A DNA stretch of 64,000 bases from positions 62,001-126,000 of the forward strand of contig JYFJ02000031.1 of the NCBI GenBank assembly GCA_000934665.2. The letters run 5' to 3'. The position numbers and the translations under genes are program-made. The stretch is from Catajapyx aquilonaris. Taxonomy: Eukaryota. Under the pieces are notes generated by a model. It was not told the origin of the DNA. It ran no database searches and worked only from the letters and a program-made list of their open reading frames with translations. Below, piece by piece: positions 1 to 14,000 of the stretch. Position 1 is the stretch's first letter. Each line of letters starts with the position of its first letter.

Positions 1-1511
1 CACATGTCCACTTAAACGGGGTCGCACGTTCCACGCATTAATTACAACCTAACAATGAAATGGGTATTATAGTCAGTATCCTCTTAAACGGCTATTTTCA
101 AGTGTAACTAATAATAAGCTAGTAACCCGATAGTCTGTCGAAATGAAAAGCTAAAAAAAACAGTGAAAGCAGCGAGAAGGCGCCTGCCTGAGCGATAATG
201 GCGGCTCAACAAGTGGGCGAGATCCGACCCCCACCTCTCAACCCTTTGGCCCCCGCAGCATCCCAAATCCCCCTGCCAACCATCAGGGAGACTAGCCAGA
301 CTCTANGGGGGGGGGGGGAACGGGTTTTTTAGCCAACGGATATGGCGATTTTTAATTATAGCTGGCGAGATGAAAAATTATTTACTGGCGTGGGTAGCTA
401 GACCTTGTGGATGCAACATGCGAAAATCGGCCAGATGCATACAAATTTTTAATAGATAAATCAATTTAAACAAAATAAAATTGGTATTAAGAGGGGGCGA
501 AAGTGCGGGTCCAAGGACGCCATTTGCTAAAGCGATACGGAATCGTGACGCGGCACACTAATGGATCCCAAAGGATGAATCAACAAAGCTTAGTGGAAAC
601 AGCGTACCAGGTCGATGGTAAATCCGGAGCAAATTCATATTCCGACATTTTGTCGGGGTGTATAGTTCAGGGACGCTACCGAGTGAGGGCGCTGCTCCTT
701 TTTTTTAAAGCAGAAAACTGATGACTACCTGACGAGGCTAGGGTTTTTAAAAATTCGAAACGACTTCTCTCACCTAGCTCCCGTCTGGGCTTTATAGCCT
801 AGCTTGGTTGTATTCATGCTCGCAGCGAAGGGTTTTCTAAGGCTTCCAAGAGTGCTCGCCGTTTCTCCGGAGAATATGGAAAATGGAGAGGGGGGGGGGG
901 GGTTAAATTACAATGACATTTTTAATGTCGTGGGGAAAATATCGTCTTACCTAGTCTTGGGCAGGATTGGATCAAATTGGTGTAGTTTTTTTTCTCTCCA
1001 GGCGTCCGGATTGGGCTGACCTTTATGCGCTTCCAGTTGACTTTTACAGTGCCGAATGGGTGTAAAACGCGCAGTGTAAATAATGATTGTCGTTTTATGC
1101 GTTTTCAAATGAGCCCAACCGATAGTTGCGAATAACTATCGTGTCGACGCATTTGTTTATACGAAGCATAGGGGGGGTGGAGGAATGTGGAATGACCTAT
1201 TGGCGACCATTAATGATCCCTTTTACTGCCTACTTAAGTTAGAACTACCGCTTGCTTAGGTTTCCATGCCCAGTTCTGGCTCTTACTAACCCGCATAATC
1301 GAGTGTACAGTATATCGCGCTAATTAGAGGCTTAGGGAGTTACTTCCCCCTAAAGTTTCTTCAACCTAAAGCTGATGCTTCAAACTTCCTTCTAACCCTA
1401 TACAAGCTGTTCCACGTGCAGAGTCAAGATGGGGAAATTGACCCTCAGCCTCACTCTTCTTCAAGAAGACATGACCATGGAGGAAATGCTGGAAGATGTA
1501 TACTGTACGTC

Positions 1512-1625
1512 CCTATCTCCAAAACTATAAGGGTGAAAGTCGCGTGCAGGCCCTGCACTTATCCCCCCTGGCCCAGGGAGGATTAGTGCATGCGACTTTC
1601 ACCCTTACTAGTTTTGGGAGATAGG
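1512..1625. mobile_element. Palindromic (fold-back) MITE-like element
   Basis: Left arm cctatctccaaaactataagggtgaaagtcgcgtgca nearly matches the reverse complement of the right arm tgcatgcgactttcacccttactagttttgggagatagg. The inner arms tgcacttatcccccctgg / ccagggaggattagtgca also pair. Confidence 0.7.
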
Positions 1626-3598
1626 CTGTATATAGCCAGTTGCCTGCTTGTTTCGTGGATAGCAAGTTAGAATCAATATGTTAGGGGTGGTGGATGCTGA
1701 GAGGCTCTTGTCTGTTTTTATCAGGAGCGACAGCTTGAGCCCGGCCTGTCATTTCATTTCCATACAGGATCTTTGCCTTCAGCACCTTTTTCCCTATTTT
1801 GGACACTATCTCTAGGCCATGTGTGCGGTACAGGCAGAGTACGCGGTTCGATAACGGCCGTGAGAATCGCGGTCGGTGTGAAAACCCCTGTATCCGCTGG
1901 TGAAGGTCGAGAGATGCAAAGTGCGCCACAATGTCTAGGTGGCCCCGGACGCATATTAGAGCAAACGAGTGTAATCAGTGGGTAATCAGTGGTGACGAGT
2001 ACAAGATACCATGCATATCTGGCTCGATTAGTAGTGTCCACTTGAGATTTTGATTGGTGTTGGGGGTGAGTTGAGACCGGTAGTTGCTATTCTGTACCGT
2101 GGAGTCGAATCTATAGAAAATGGATTTGGAAAGAGGGCTTGGGAGTCGAAATCAGCGCCCCCCCCCCCCACCCATCTCTCTCCACTTTCAACAAATGGCA
2201 CTGGACGTGACTAGAATCATAGACTGCGTAGATACACACATTCGCATTTTTTTGTACGGCCCTCCCGGAGCAAATGGGCCATCTGCAAGGTTCTTCGTGA
2301 CCGCAATGACTAATAAGCGTGTAACCGGAGTTATGCAAGTGCATATGGATGCTTTGGTGGAGGGAGTGTTGCTCTGGATCGGGTGACCTCACCGCGTGGG
2401 GTGACCTCCTGGGTTGAATTACCTCTCGGATGATCAATCACACTTTGCTGAGTAATCCCTGGCTTAAAAGTTGGGGGGGCCATCGAGTAATTAATGCTCC
2501 GAAATTAGTCAGAAACACTAGGCACCTCCCTTGGTGTTATATACCCATTGTGGTGCCAATATTATCCGAAAGTACTAATAAAACAACGAAATATAACTAA
2601 TATACTTGCATAGCTATAATATGGTAACCGAATGTAGCTAATATAAACATAAAATTAACTAATTATTTCAATAAATTTTAATATAATTTTAAAACACCGA
2701 ATGTGCCTCCTACAGGCCCGTCAGTAGATGCCACTGGCCTTTAGTCTCCTACAGACGATACCATCCGTCCAAACTACTCCCAATCTGTTTCCCGCTTCAT
2801 AAAATTAAACCTCCATATTTTTTTATTCCAACCACTCTCAAGTTGAAAAAATAAATTGAATCTCACATGATTCGTTGCAGACCATACCAGCTTAGCTACG
2901 CGTCTTGCCCGCCTTACAAGACACTATATCCGGGGTGNAAATATAGTTCCGTGGTTTGCTTCCGAATCACATGAAAAGGCTATCCGGCTCAAGGGTGGCC
3001 CCCGGAAGAACGAGTCGAAAATTATAATAAAACGGAGGAGAAAAATTGGCATGGGTGGGCCTTGGACCGGCCCATTCAGGACTCAAGTCACGAAGCTGCC
3101 AAGACTTGGATTTTTATGCCTGGGTTGTGTGGTGGTGGTGGAGGAGGAGGAAGGTGGAATAGTTTGTAGGAGAACCGAGGAGAGAAATATCTAGGATAGC
3201 TTCTCCATGCCATTCATCACCCGCTCATTGTGCGGCCGCACCTTCAATCTGCAAATCGATATGGTGGCCCGTATATAGGGGCGGGGTTCTTTGCCTCAAA
3301 CTTCCGCTCGTCATTTCCTCCCAGGAAGCCCGAAGATCGGGATACGCCCCTGCTGGAGTGATGAATGTCTTTTGTAGTAGGAAGTGATCCTGGCCAAGGG
3401 AGTTTTCGTCTTATTCTCCTGTGGGGGATTCCTGCTGGATTTACGGCCTCGAGGCCTAGAACTGCTAACGTCGGTGTCCGGAATTGTGCGGTTCTGCATG
3501 TTGGTGTCCGGATGTCTGTCCAATGGTGGGGAGGAGTTAAAAGAAGCTAGGACCAATCGCGGCCATTGATTGCACCAATCGCGGGGCCTGTCATCCAT

Positions 3599-4005
3599 GA
3601 ATATCGATACATCACGAAAATATCAATACATCACCAAAATATCGAACAGTACGGAGATATCGATATATTACAGAAAGAAACATCGCTACATCTGTGAGAT
3701 AAATATCGATACGTCTAAGGAAATATTGATATGTCACAAAGATTTATCGATACATCACTGAAAAATTTATCGATAGCGCGCAGAAGGAAATATCGATATA
3801 TGACTGAGAGAAACATCGATACGGCACAAAGTAATATTGATACCTCACGGAAGGAAATATCGATACATCGCAGAAAGATTTATCGATACATCACTGAAAA
3901 ATTTATCTATACCTCGCAGAAGGTAATATCGATATATGACTGCCACAAAGTAATATTGATACCTCGCGGAAGGAAATATCGATACACCACGGAAAGAAAT
4001 CGATG
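3599..4005. repeat. Degenerate tandem array of ~22-bp units with (A/T)ATCGATA core
   Basis: About 19 recurrences of atatcgatac/ttatcgatac/atattgatac variants at ~20-28 bp spacing. Confidence 0.85.
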
Positions 4006-6699
4006 TCCAGTCTGTCCAGAGAAGGTGTGCAGGGAGGAGTTACGAGGAGCCACGGCCAATTACATCCGAGCTGCGCACACTAAGAGGGTATATCGCAGCC
4101 AATCGCGCGACATTGGTACCCTGAAAGCGTCCATATGCATGAAAAATGGGTATAAAATGTCCCGTTTTGAGTTTCAAAAACTGTTCTACACGAGCGGAAA
4201 GCATTCAGTCAAATCCGGACTATGAATCCTTAGATAAACATGGCATGTCAGTGCCATCTCTGCTCCCTTTCATGTACTACACAAGCCCTCATCAATCACA
4301 GGGTTGGAGCCCTAGCTAAAATCAGGGGGGGAAGAGAGGCGGGCCTGTAGTATGCAAATCTCACGTGTCGCAATGGAGGTGGTGACATCTGAAAGGACGT
4401 CGCGCACGTGACGTTCATCGTCAATTATTGTCACATCCAGCCAATAAACTCGCTCGGATAAATAGTTCAGCATTCCTTTCCTGTCAGTTCGTGCTGCCAA
4501 TCTTCGGAAGCAATGGTGGATTTGAGTCCCCCAGGAAATAGGAAGAAACACACCATTTGGATTCCCCCGGACTCATTGCCTTTGGGGGTCCTCCTGAGGT
4601 CATCTTGAATGTCACGTATTGACTTTCAATTGTGTGACGTCAATGTGACACTCCCTAGACATGCATATAATTTGGCCAGACGAGGATCTGGCAGGGTTGT
4701 TGACTCGACTGTTGACGGCATGCCAAGTTATTCCACAATTCGGGTCAACAAATGCCATGCTCGCGTTACCACCAAATGGCACGATGTCACATTCGCCAGG
4801 TGATTTTTCCTGGTCGCACAACAATGAGCATGTCAAAATAGGATGCCGTGTGCGCACCACCTCCAGAAAACTGTTAATACCAGTTAATAAAATAATTTTT
4901 TAAACTGGCTGGCCCAAGCATTGCAGTACTTCTTCAAAGGCTAGCAGTGTTGCCATTTCCATCATCATCCGGTACGTCTTATGCGATCACAACTCGAGCA
5001 CACAGACGAACGAAAGCTATTAAGGCGCAAACATTTCCCCAGTAATGAGCTCCAGATAGGATCGGAGCTTTATCATCTTCCTGAATAATACACCGGAGTT
5101 TCTCTCTCCAAGCCAACCCCCTCTGGTTGTACCAACTTATTTCAAAAGCCGAACATTAATAGCCATTTTTATACAGGGGGGTTTGTTAGATGGACATTTC
5201 TAGAACCCCCGAAAAACGTCATTTCTGGAACCCCTGAAAAACGTCAACGGCCTTCTGTGCATGATCCTCCTGGTGGCCTGAATATAACCGTCGTCAAGCA
5301 AAGCACTTGCCTCTCTTATGCAAATAAACTGCTGTTTAAAGGGCAGTAAATTTGGACGAGTTGGCGCTACCATGCTATAACGGTAGGGAAATAAATGGGA
5401 GTCGAGAACCCCCTCAAAAAGGAGGGGGATTTCTACAACAATCAATTGTGGTGACCACCGATTTTTCTTGCTATTCATCCATAGGGGTGACTTCAACGTC
5501 TTTAGAATATTTGAGTGGCGTCAGTCACGGATGACGTGTCGTTCTTAGAGTCACGATAATCATTAGCGGTGTGGGCATTGGGTTAATAGCGGTGCTAAGG
5601 CCTGTCGGTGACATGGCTTCATTCATTTGCGAGAAAGTTTTGCGAAGAACAAGTTGGACCGGATGTCTTAAGGGAAATCGGTTTGACGCAATGGTTACGA
5701 TTTCGCTGATTTTAGGGGTCAAATTTTGCGTAATACACAACAATGCCCACCTAGTATACAGGAATTATTGCATAGAGGACGTTGGATTCATCAACAAAAC
5801 TACTTTATAGCGAGATTAAACCTGCTATTAACCATTTACAACAGAGTAATTGCTACGCTTCTTACAGTGGTCGTGAGCATGACCGTGACCGCGAACGATA
5901 CGTGAGGTTGGCCTCGCTTTTTTTTCACGGGCCGTGAGCAAGGCAATGCAGAAACTTTGTAATACCTGGTACAAAATTCAGCGAAACATGACACCGCCAG
6001 TGTCGATTCCACACCAATCGGCGTATGTTACATTATTATGGCCGCACAATCAAATTACCCATACCCAACAATGCAATTATGCAGTCAAGTTGTCATGTCT
6101 CCTGTCCCTTCAGACGACCAGTTTCGTCCGATTGCTTCCACTGGCTGTGCAGAAAAATGGCGACCTAGACCCTCCGAAAGCCTTGCCCTTGTTTTTGAGG
6201 AATTTTTTCGCGGCTTTCACTTCACGGCGAACCCCGCGAAGTGTCACCGGTTGCGACACCGCGGCGACCTTGAGCGAAGCCGAGCGTTAAAGATGGACAA
6301 AAGAGAGCTGCAAGAGGACGTCGACATTCGTCCCTGAGCTCCTTCAACAGTGGTCATTCCGCCTTGGCCAGACCTCTTCGTGATCCGTGGGAGGGGTTCA
6401 TACCTTGTATGCACTGTTGCCAAATCAGCTGGCTGTATGTCATTCGGTTATCTGTCCCGAGGGGAATTGCAAATATGGAATTTCCGTGTCTGCCTCAGTT
6501 TTATACATATGGAGCGAAAGATACAGGAATTTTCCATTTTTATTTTCGCCTCCGCAAATATGGTCCGGAGTACTGTACAGCGACAAGTATGTGAGGCCTT
6601 TGAGAATTTTTTCCGCTATAAGTTGACAAGCACAAAGCAAGAATGCAATAGTAGCGGGGGTAGGTGCTGGATACCTGGCGGGGATCAATTTTGAACATC

Positions 6700-7312
6700 G
6701 TAAGTTGCGAGGGGCGTGGCTAGCATCTTTGCGAAGAGTTGTGCGACCACATTATTAGTTAACCTCCAGCCCCTTACAACTTTATGGGCTGGCAGGAAAT
6801 TAACCCAATTGTGTGATCACATTATGATCTATTCTGCCTTAAATGATCATGGAAAACCGCCTCAATTTTATTGTTATTAATTTCATTAAATTTGTTGCAT
6901 TAACCTTCCAGAATCTAGCAGTTTGCGATGGGCGGGGTCAGCAACTTGCGCCCTCCAGTTCGTAATAGGGCCAAACGTGACCAAATGGTGATACACTATC
7001 ACCTATTGTATGAATTATATTAGCAATCACATCATGATATAATCTGCCTTAAATTGTCAGCGAAAATAACTTGTTGCTAATTCTTTATTTTAACATAACC
7101 TTCCCGAACGTAGCAGTTTGAGATAGACGTGGCTTGCAACTTGCGACCCCCAGTCCAAAATATAGGGCCAGACCCGGCCAAATTGACCTTTTGATATACT
7201 TGGCCGGATTGTAGCAACTTGCGATGGGCGTGGCTAGCAACTTGCGACCCCCAGTCCAAAATAGGGCCAAACTTGACGAAATGGACCTCTTGATACACTA
7301 GTCCGGATTGTA
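6700..7312. repeat. Degenerate local repeat (~95-bp unit), probably a transposon subterminal repeat
   Basis: The motif tagca(g/a)(t/c)ttgcgatgggcgtggctagcaacttgcgacccccagtccaaaatagggcca recurs at ~6917, ~7110 and ~7211, with a related fragment at ~6703. The array ends at an n (7315). Confidence 0.65.
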
Positions 7313-8245
7313 AGNTCCCAATGAGCATAGTAAAATGAAAGCAAAGAGTTCCAGCCAAAACAAACTTCCCCCCTAAAGAGCCGATGGCTGATAACGGGGT
7401 ATGAATTTATTTTTTATATATATGCACTCCTGGAAAATCTCCGGGAAATTTCTCCGGGCTTAATCTTGAAATCAGCACTTGGATGGTGCCAATCTTGCTG
7501 TACGTGGAAGAGGAGGTACAGGGTGTGCGGATTTTTTTTTCTTTATAAGGCCGGGGATTATTCTTCGGCTGAGTGATTCGCACCTGTATAATCTGCGGGG
7601 TTCAAAGACCCGTACTCTGAGAAGATGAAGAAGGCGGGGGTTTCCTCCAATCGGGGCTCAGGGCCGTATAGTGACGTGTAGGTATGATGACCCTGACTCT
7701 GAGAAATTTTTTTTATACGATTCCTCTGGGCAAGGCATGCACAGGAGGGCATTGGCGCCGGAAAAAAGTGATTTCGGGAGTTTGCATCGTACAAGAGGAA
7801 CATCGTTGCCATGATTGGGGGACAGCCAACGATAAAAATGTATCTGCAACATTGTGGTCAATACATATTGAAGGCAGGGGGGTTATGAATATCGTGCACA
7901 TAATGCTTCATGTGTACATTCTTACGGTGGTTCCATCTTTTATGGTGGGCAACATGTTGACCCCGGAAGTGTCCTCCAGAACAATAGTATAAGGGTGTGC
8001 CTAGTGGGGCAACGAACCCTGGCTGGCTGGCCCCGGGTCGGCCCTCCTTTTGCCTCTTAGCAATGGTTGAAAAGGGGAGCCAGTCAGGCGTCGCCCCTGG
8101 CAACCCACAGGGAAAATGAGCAGACTTGCAATTGGAGTCGATGATGGCTCGGGGAAGGAAGATGCCCTTTGTGCAAAGCGCCATTCCTCAACGACTAGAA
8201 CCGGTTCTACTACCCACAGATCACTACTTCATTTCCTACAAGGTG

Positions 8246-8690
8246 TACACTCGAGGAAAAGAGTAAGGTAGCAGACCTGAAGATCAAACTAACTTACTCA
8301 TCAGGGGGGTAGTTTGATCTTCAGGTCTGCTACCGTACTCATTTCCTAGAGTGTAGAGTCGGTTAAAGGAGTATCTTACCAGTACCAGACCAAGAAATTA
8401 GCCTCTAACAGAGGTGCTGCCTGGGTCTGGTCTGGTAAGATACTCCTTTAACCGACGCTCCACTAGCAGACCTGAAGGGAAAACTAGCCTCCTCATCACT
8501 ACTCATGAGATAACCTCCTGAGACCCAGAGTACAGTATACTGTACCTTTGTTTTTGGTTTTTTTTACGCGTTTGAGTTAGTCAAAAGGTGCTGGAAAAAA
8601 CAAAGGTACAGTATACTGTACCAGGGGTCTCAGGAGGATAAAGGAAGGGTCACCTCTCTTGGAGGCTAATTTTACCTTCAGATCTGCTAC
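8246..8690. mobile_element. Cluster of adjacent/nested hairpin MITEs
   Basis: Inverted-repeat pairs: 8246-8355 (tacactc...gatcaaacta / tagtttgatc...gagtgta); 8358-8456 (gtcggttaaaggagtatcttaccag / ctggtaagatactcctttaaccgac); 8515-8638 (cctcctgagaccc...ctttgttttt / aaaaacaaagg...gggtctcaggagg). The last lies inside 8464-8689 (tagcagacctgaagg / ccttcagatctgcta). Confidence 0.8.
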
Positions 8691-11009
8691 CTTCCACATT
8701 TCCGGCATATTTGTGCCGATTGTAATGAACATCCCCGTGTAAGCCCGTATCAACGCCTGGCCATTGCAAATTCGGATGGGATGACAGCCAGGTGATGGAT
8801 TGACCAAAGACTTATAAATCAAAAAGGATTGGCACGATGTGCCATGACACTGTCCAATTATTGGGTGTGACATGTTTTCGGGGAATGTTACATTCGGATT
8901 TGGCAGGACGTGGGGAATCTTGGGCGAATCTGGTTGGAGATACCCTGGAGGAAATCATAAAATCAAAATCAAAAATTAGCATTAAATAATGATACGGTAT
9001 ATAGAATTGGCTTCAGTCTGTGACTCTGTCTGCAGTAGTGTGCCATTTATGTGAGACACATGGTACTACATACACCAGGGGATGAAAATTCTTACAGACT
9101 TCATGTACTGTGGAAATGACAAATTAGAGCGGTCTCCTTTAAAATAAGTGGTTCCCGCCTCCTTTTCCTCTCTGCCACAATTCATCACGATTCGTGCAAA
9201 TCCCATAATAGTCCCTGGCTATTAAACCAGCTTTTTTAGGCATTACATAAGTGTCGTCCCCGCCTATTATCATGAAAGCCATCCGTTGGGTAAATACCAC
9301 TGGAGACAGGCTGTGTAGATAGGTTTTTAAAAATCCAGGTTGGATATTAAGCAGCCGGAAACTTCTGACATGACCTAAAAACTTGGTTTTAAAGTTTTAA
9401 AAATGGGACAAATTTTTTGGTTCATACCAAGGGCGCGTCCCCTATTCATGCACTGCGCTGGCCAAATTAATGAGAGCCACTGGTGATGTCCAATTAGCAG
9501 AAGAGGGTGCGGCACTTTTTTTTTTTTTGGAAGGACTGTACTTGCCTGAATGCTCATCTCAGAAGTGCACATATTGGGTATGTCCTCCAGGGTGTATTCC
9601 TGGTTCAAAGGCGCTTGGCTGAAGGGTTATGGGATCCAGCGCTGCATCGACTAGTAAAATGTAGTGTGCCACTGGAAAGGTGAAGCTGAAAAAAGACATT
9701 GAAATTTTGAGTGTCGATAAGCCCATAGCTGGTAGACACCTGTGTGCAAAGTGCCCTATTCTTTCCTTTTTAGCCATTTTTTGGGGGGAAAGAGTAGTCA
9801 ATATTGATGAGGGTTGTTCGATTCGCATTCCCCATTCCTGTATGCAGAATTAAAGCCTTTCAGAGTATAAATTGTCAGATGGATAATCAATTCTGGCGGG
9901 ATTGTCAAAGCTTGACGTGGATGGAATGCGTCGCTATTATATTGCTATTAAACTGGATCATCTCCAAATGTGCTCATTAATTGGGCTGCAGTGGACTTCA
10001 TTTGAGAGCAGACCGCCGTGCCGAGTTGTTCTTAAAAGAACACCCAGAGCGTGCTGTGGTCGTTGGGATAGATGCACCAGTAATTAGCATGGAGTGAATA
10101 AACATGGCGTAGATAACCTACAGTCTGCAGCATGCAATGCGGTAAAATGGGTGTGGTGACCGTGCTCTGCTTATAATTCAGTAGATGGTGAGCTTTGTTT
10201 CCAGGATGCATTTATTCACATCATTGGCACCCTTTGCAGCCAGAAGCCAAAGGCTGGACAATGGCGCTTACAAAATTTTTTTAATACCCTGCAGCTCAAG
10301 GCAAACTATTGAGGCATCAACTCGTTTTGTGGACAATGCATGCCCTAACTAGCCCATCTGTTAAAACCTGAGCACGTAACGGCGTATTTTTATGCGTAAG
10401 CCGACATCATGAGAACCAATGTTGGTGCCAATATCGTTGTCTCCCTCAAAATGGGTGTAAAAAAAAGGGCCTGTGCACACAGTATTGGAACCTTTGCAAT
10501 CAATGAATAGCCGACACTAAAAACTTCTGCTGACTTGCCGTGTGCCGCAACGACTAGCTTGGGCCATAAAGCAGGCGAATAATATATTTTCATCTGTGTA
10601 CACAGCCCATTCCCGCAGCAAAGCACAATGTTGACTCACCATGGATCCTTTTGCATAAATATGCTGAAGTTCCACATCAGAGGCTGGAACCTTTCCATAC
10701 AAATGGAAAACACCAGAGATAACAGCTTCTCACAGTCGATGCCTCAACACGTTCTTTGAGCTGCAAATACACACATGCGATGAAGGGGAATATATTAGTA
10801 CTCTCAACACTCACTTCTGTAACTGAAGCTCTCAAAATATGAACTGGGTCGGAGGCTTGTTTTGGACGATGCAATTATTTTTGTTACTAGTCGACAAGGG
10901 TTGGCCACTACTCGTAATATTAAGCTATCAAACTGGGCTGTCACTACTGCACGATATAAATACAATATTGTTGACTAGTGCATTAACAAATTACTTCCTT
11001 TCTCAACAG

Positions 11010-14000
11010 GAAATTCGAGATGCAGTTCGAAAACTTGGCTACGCTCCACAGAGCATACAGTTTCAGCCTGGGGCTGGTTTGGCCAGAGTGAGCCTTGAGC
11101 GTCCAGAAGTTCTGGAGGACTTTGACCCACAGGTACAGGTGCAGCTGTAACATTATGCCATACCTGGTACTCATTGCAGCCTTTTCATGACAGGTTCCGT
11201 TGATGGTACGTGGCCAGCGGGCCTCTGCCACAGCCTCTGCGACAGAGATGCTACTCTGTGTTGCACGCCTTCCACCTCGCCTGCTTCCGGAGCAATTCTC
11301 TGCCCTGGTCGGAGCCTACGGGGATGTCTGTCGGTGCTTCCTAATGATTAGTGAACGCACAGGTGAGCCTTGATTGGTTGTACATGCAGAGGCTGGAATA
11401 ATGAAAGTTTATGGCGGAATGAGCTGCACAATTATAATTTGATTAAGTTACCTTACTATACTTTGTTGATTGCAGGAGACAGCAAAGGGTATGGTTTCGT
11501 GGAGTATACAACCAAAGAGGCAGCCCTCCAGGCAAAGAACTTGCTGGACGGCCGCATCCTGGAGGACCGGTTACTGGTGTGTGACTGGCTGGACTCGGGT
11601 CACGTGACCCTCCGCTCGCTCCATTCTAAGTGCCTCTACGTGGAGCACCTGCCTCGGGATTACCGAGACATGGGAGAGTTCAGGCGGATCTTCAGTACTG
11701 TGGTCAATCCGCCATATTGCCAGGTGAGTGCTACGCTTGTTTCTGTACAAGTAACTCCCCCAACACTCTTCACAATGTACAATTTTGTTGCCTAGATTGC
11801 TCTGAGAAACGGGTGTCCCCAAGACTGGGGTCTGGTGGAGTTCAACGGTGCTGAGGATGCCGAGCTGACCCAGCAGGAATTAGACAGATTCCGCCTGAGA
11901 GGCCAGCACCTAAGGGTCTCATATTATGTGCCAGGCGTGAGAGCCATTAACCTGTACCTGAAGCTCCTTAATGACAATGTGAGTTTTTCAACATGACTCT
12001 TCTCACGTCAGGAGTTTTGAAATTTTGACTTCCAGTTGTCTTTTCATCTCTCTTTCTCTCTGTCCCTCCTGCCTCTCTTCAATTCTGTGATTTTTTCATT
12101 ATCAGTGTGTATTGTTGACGAGTCTCTTGGCTGCAGTTCTGCTGAACTGGGGTAAAAGTGTCTTGCACCGATTGAATGAGAGATATTTCCTACTTTTTAC
12201 CTACAGTCGGATTACTTATGTTTGGTAGCAATATCCATTTTATACACATTTTTTTGGACATACAGTACTCTTAAAAGTGGGGCGTTGGCATCAGCCTCGA
12301 TTTTCATGTGAGCACGAGTACTTTTTGTTAAACCTGAACGTGACAGCCTCATACAGAATGATACCAATGATATGTAGATTGCTGGATGTGTCCTGCACAT
12401 TTGTAGTTCAGTACAGTACTGGTAATTGCAATTTGTTGCATTGTGTCAGATAATTACAGCTATGATTATTGACTTCTAGCATGTGGTTGAGCTTAACAAA
12501 GCACAGAATAACAATGTGCTATGAAACACCCGTCTCGTAATGACTGTACCTTATTTTATTCCGTCTGAGTAATTGGTACAGTACTAGTAATTAGCAATTA
12601 TTGAATCATCGGACAGGTAGCTGTTAACTTTTTTACAAACTCATCTGAAAGCATTGTAGAGACATTACTTTCATTATGCATGACCAGTCGGAAATTGCTT
12701 GAAGGGCCTGAAATTTATTTTCAAGTATGTCACTTTGAAGAGTTACATTCTTCGTATGTAAAATATGTCCCTTTTCTTATTCGTCTGTCTTTAGGTTGGG
12801 TGAACAGGTCACTGCTCAGTGTCCTCTGCAACCTTCCCTCTTCCGAGCTGAACCAAGTTAAAAAAAAAAAACGAGTGTTTAGTATACTTTTGTGCCAGTG
12901 AATTACTGGTCAATTTACTAATTGAAACGAATAATAAGCCTAACAACTTGCTCCAGCTCCACATACCTACCTGTTTTTTGACTATTTGATGATTCGCACC
13001 TTACTCCTCACTTGCGTCTTTTTGAAGTACAAATCACCACCCGCTCTGATTTGGCTTTCTCCTCCCATTTTCAAGCAGGGCAACAAGGGGAAAACGGCTC
13101 TCTTGCCTGACCCCCCACCACCAGCCGTTTTTCAGCAGCTGCAGAACCTGGCCAAACAAAACCCAGTCTGTAAGTGTGGCCACCGGCACTGCCTTCGGCC
13201 TTTCTTCTTTCTCCTCCGATACTTCTCTCTTGACCGGCCTCACCTCAAACCTTCCTCTGCTCCCGTCACTTCGTTAACCGTTGGACCAATTATTGTTTTG
13301 CTTCTTTCTTCTGCTGATGCTTCTCCACTCTATCTCGGTCGTGTAAACGTCTCTCTCCACCTCCTTTTGGCCGTCCTCATGCTGTCGCTGCCATGGATGC
13401 TCCTGTCAGGAGCATGCATTGCTGAAGAATGCTATACTCTTTTTGTGCACTGTTCATGTATCACATACTTCTTGGGCATTTTTATAACGAGGTCTAATCC
13501 TGCTTCGGAATGCCGCTAACTTGATTCCTCTCCTACAGACTGGGTCTTAATACCGGTGCATGCCAAATTTTTTTTTGTGGACATCAAGGATCAGCTTTCA
13601 TATTAGGAGCTGTGGAATCAGTTTCTAACAACTGAGTACTTATGTAAATTAAATGTAATTCGAGTTTCAATACTGCACGTGTCGATTACTACCACATGTC
13701 AGTCAAATAATATTTTAGTAACATTACGTGACAATGGATTGATTTTCATGTGATCAATATTCTCAAATTCATACATCAATCATCATTGACGCACATGTCA
13801 GGGAGAAAATAATTTCAATTGTTTCAGATTTGTAATCCATGCTTCAATAGTTGTTAGTAACTGCTTTCACACCAATTTCAAAGGTAGTTCAATTCTGGGG
13901 ACAGCATCAGAATCACTGGCACATAGATCCCTAATTCTGTCTCTTTGAACACTTCCAGTTGCCCAAAACTTGCAGAACATCATCTTGTCTCACATACAAA

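Noticed and set aside
3365..3550. SFRLILLWGIPAGFT as the missing RAVER RRM1 beta-1 exon
   Set aside because: Only superficial similarity and no suitable phase-0 donor right after it.
3599..4005. Possible CRISPR-like repeat-spacer array
   Set aside because: Eukaryotic context, ~8-10 bp degenerate core with related short spacers, and no cas genes.
3731..4225. 164-aa ORF with IDT/RKYRY repeats
   Set aside because: Translation of the TATCGAT tandem array; no evidence of a gene.
4250..10870. Scattered ORF fragments that might be decayed transposon genes (e.g. GHFAHRC in 9559-9828)
   Set aside because: No complete recognisable motif; the zinc-knuckle-like piece lacks the preceding CxxC. Needs BLASTX/RepeatMasker.
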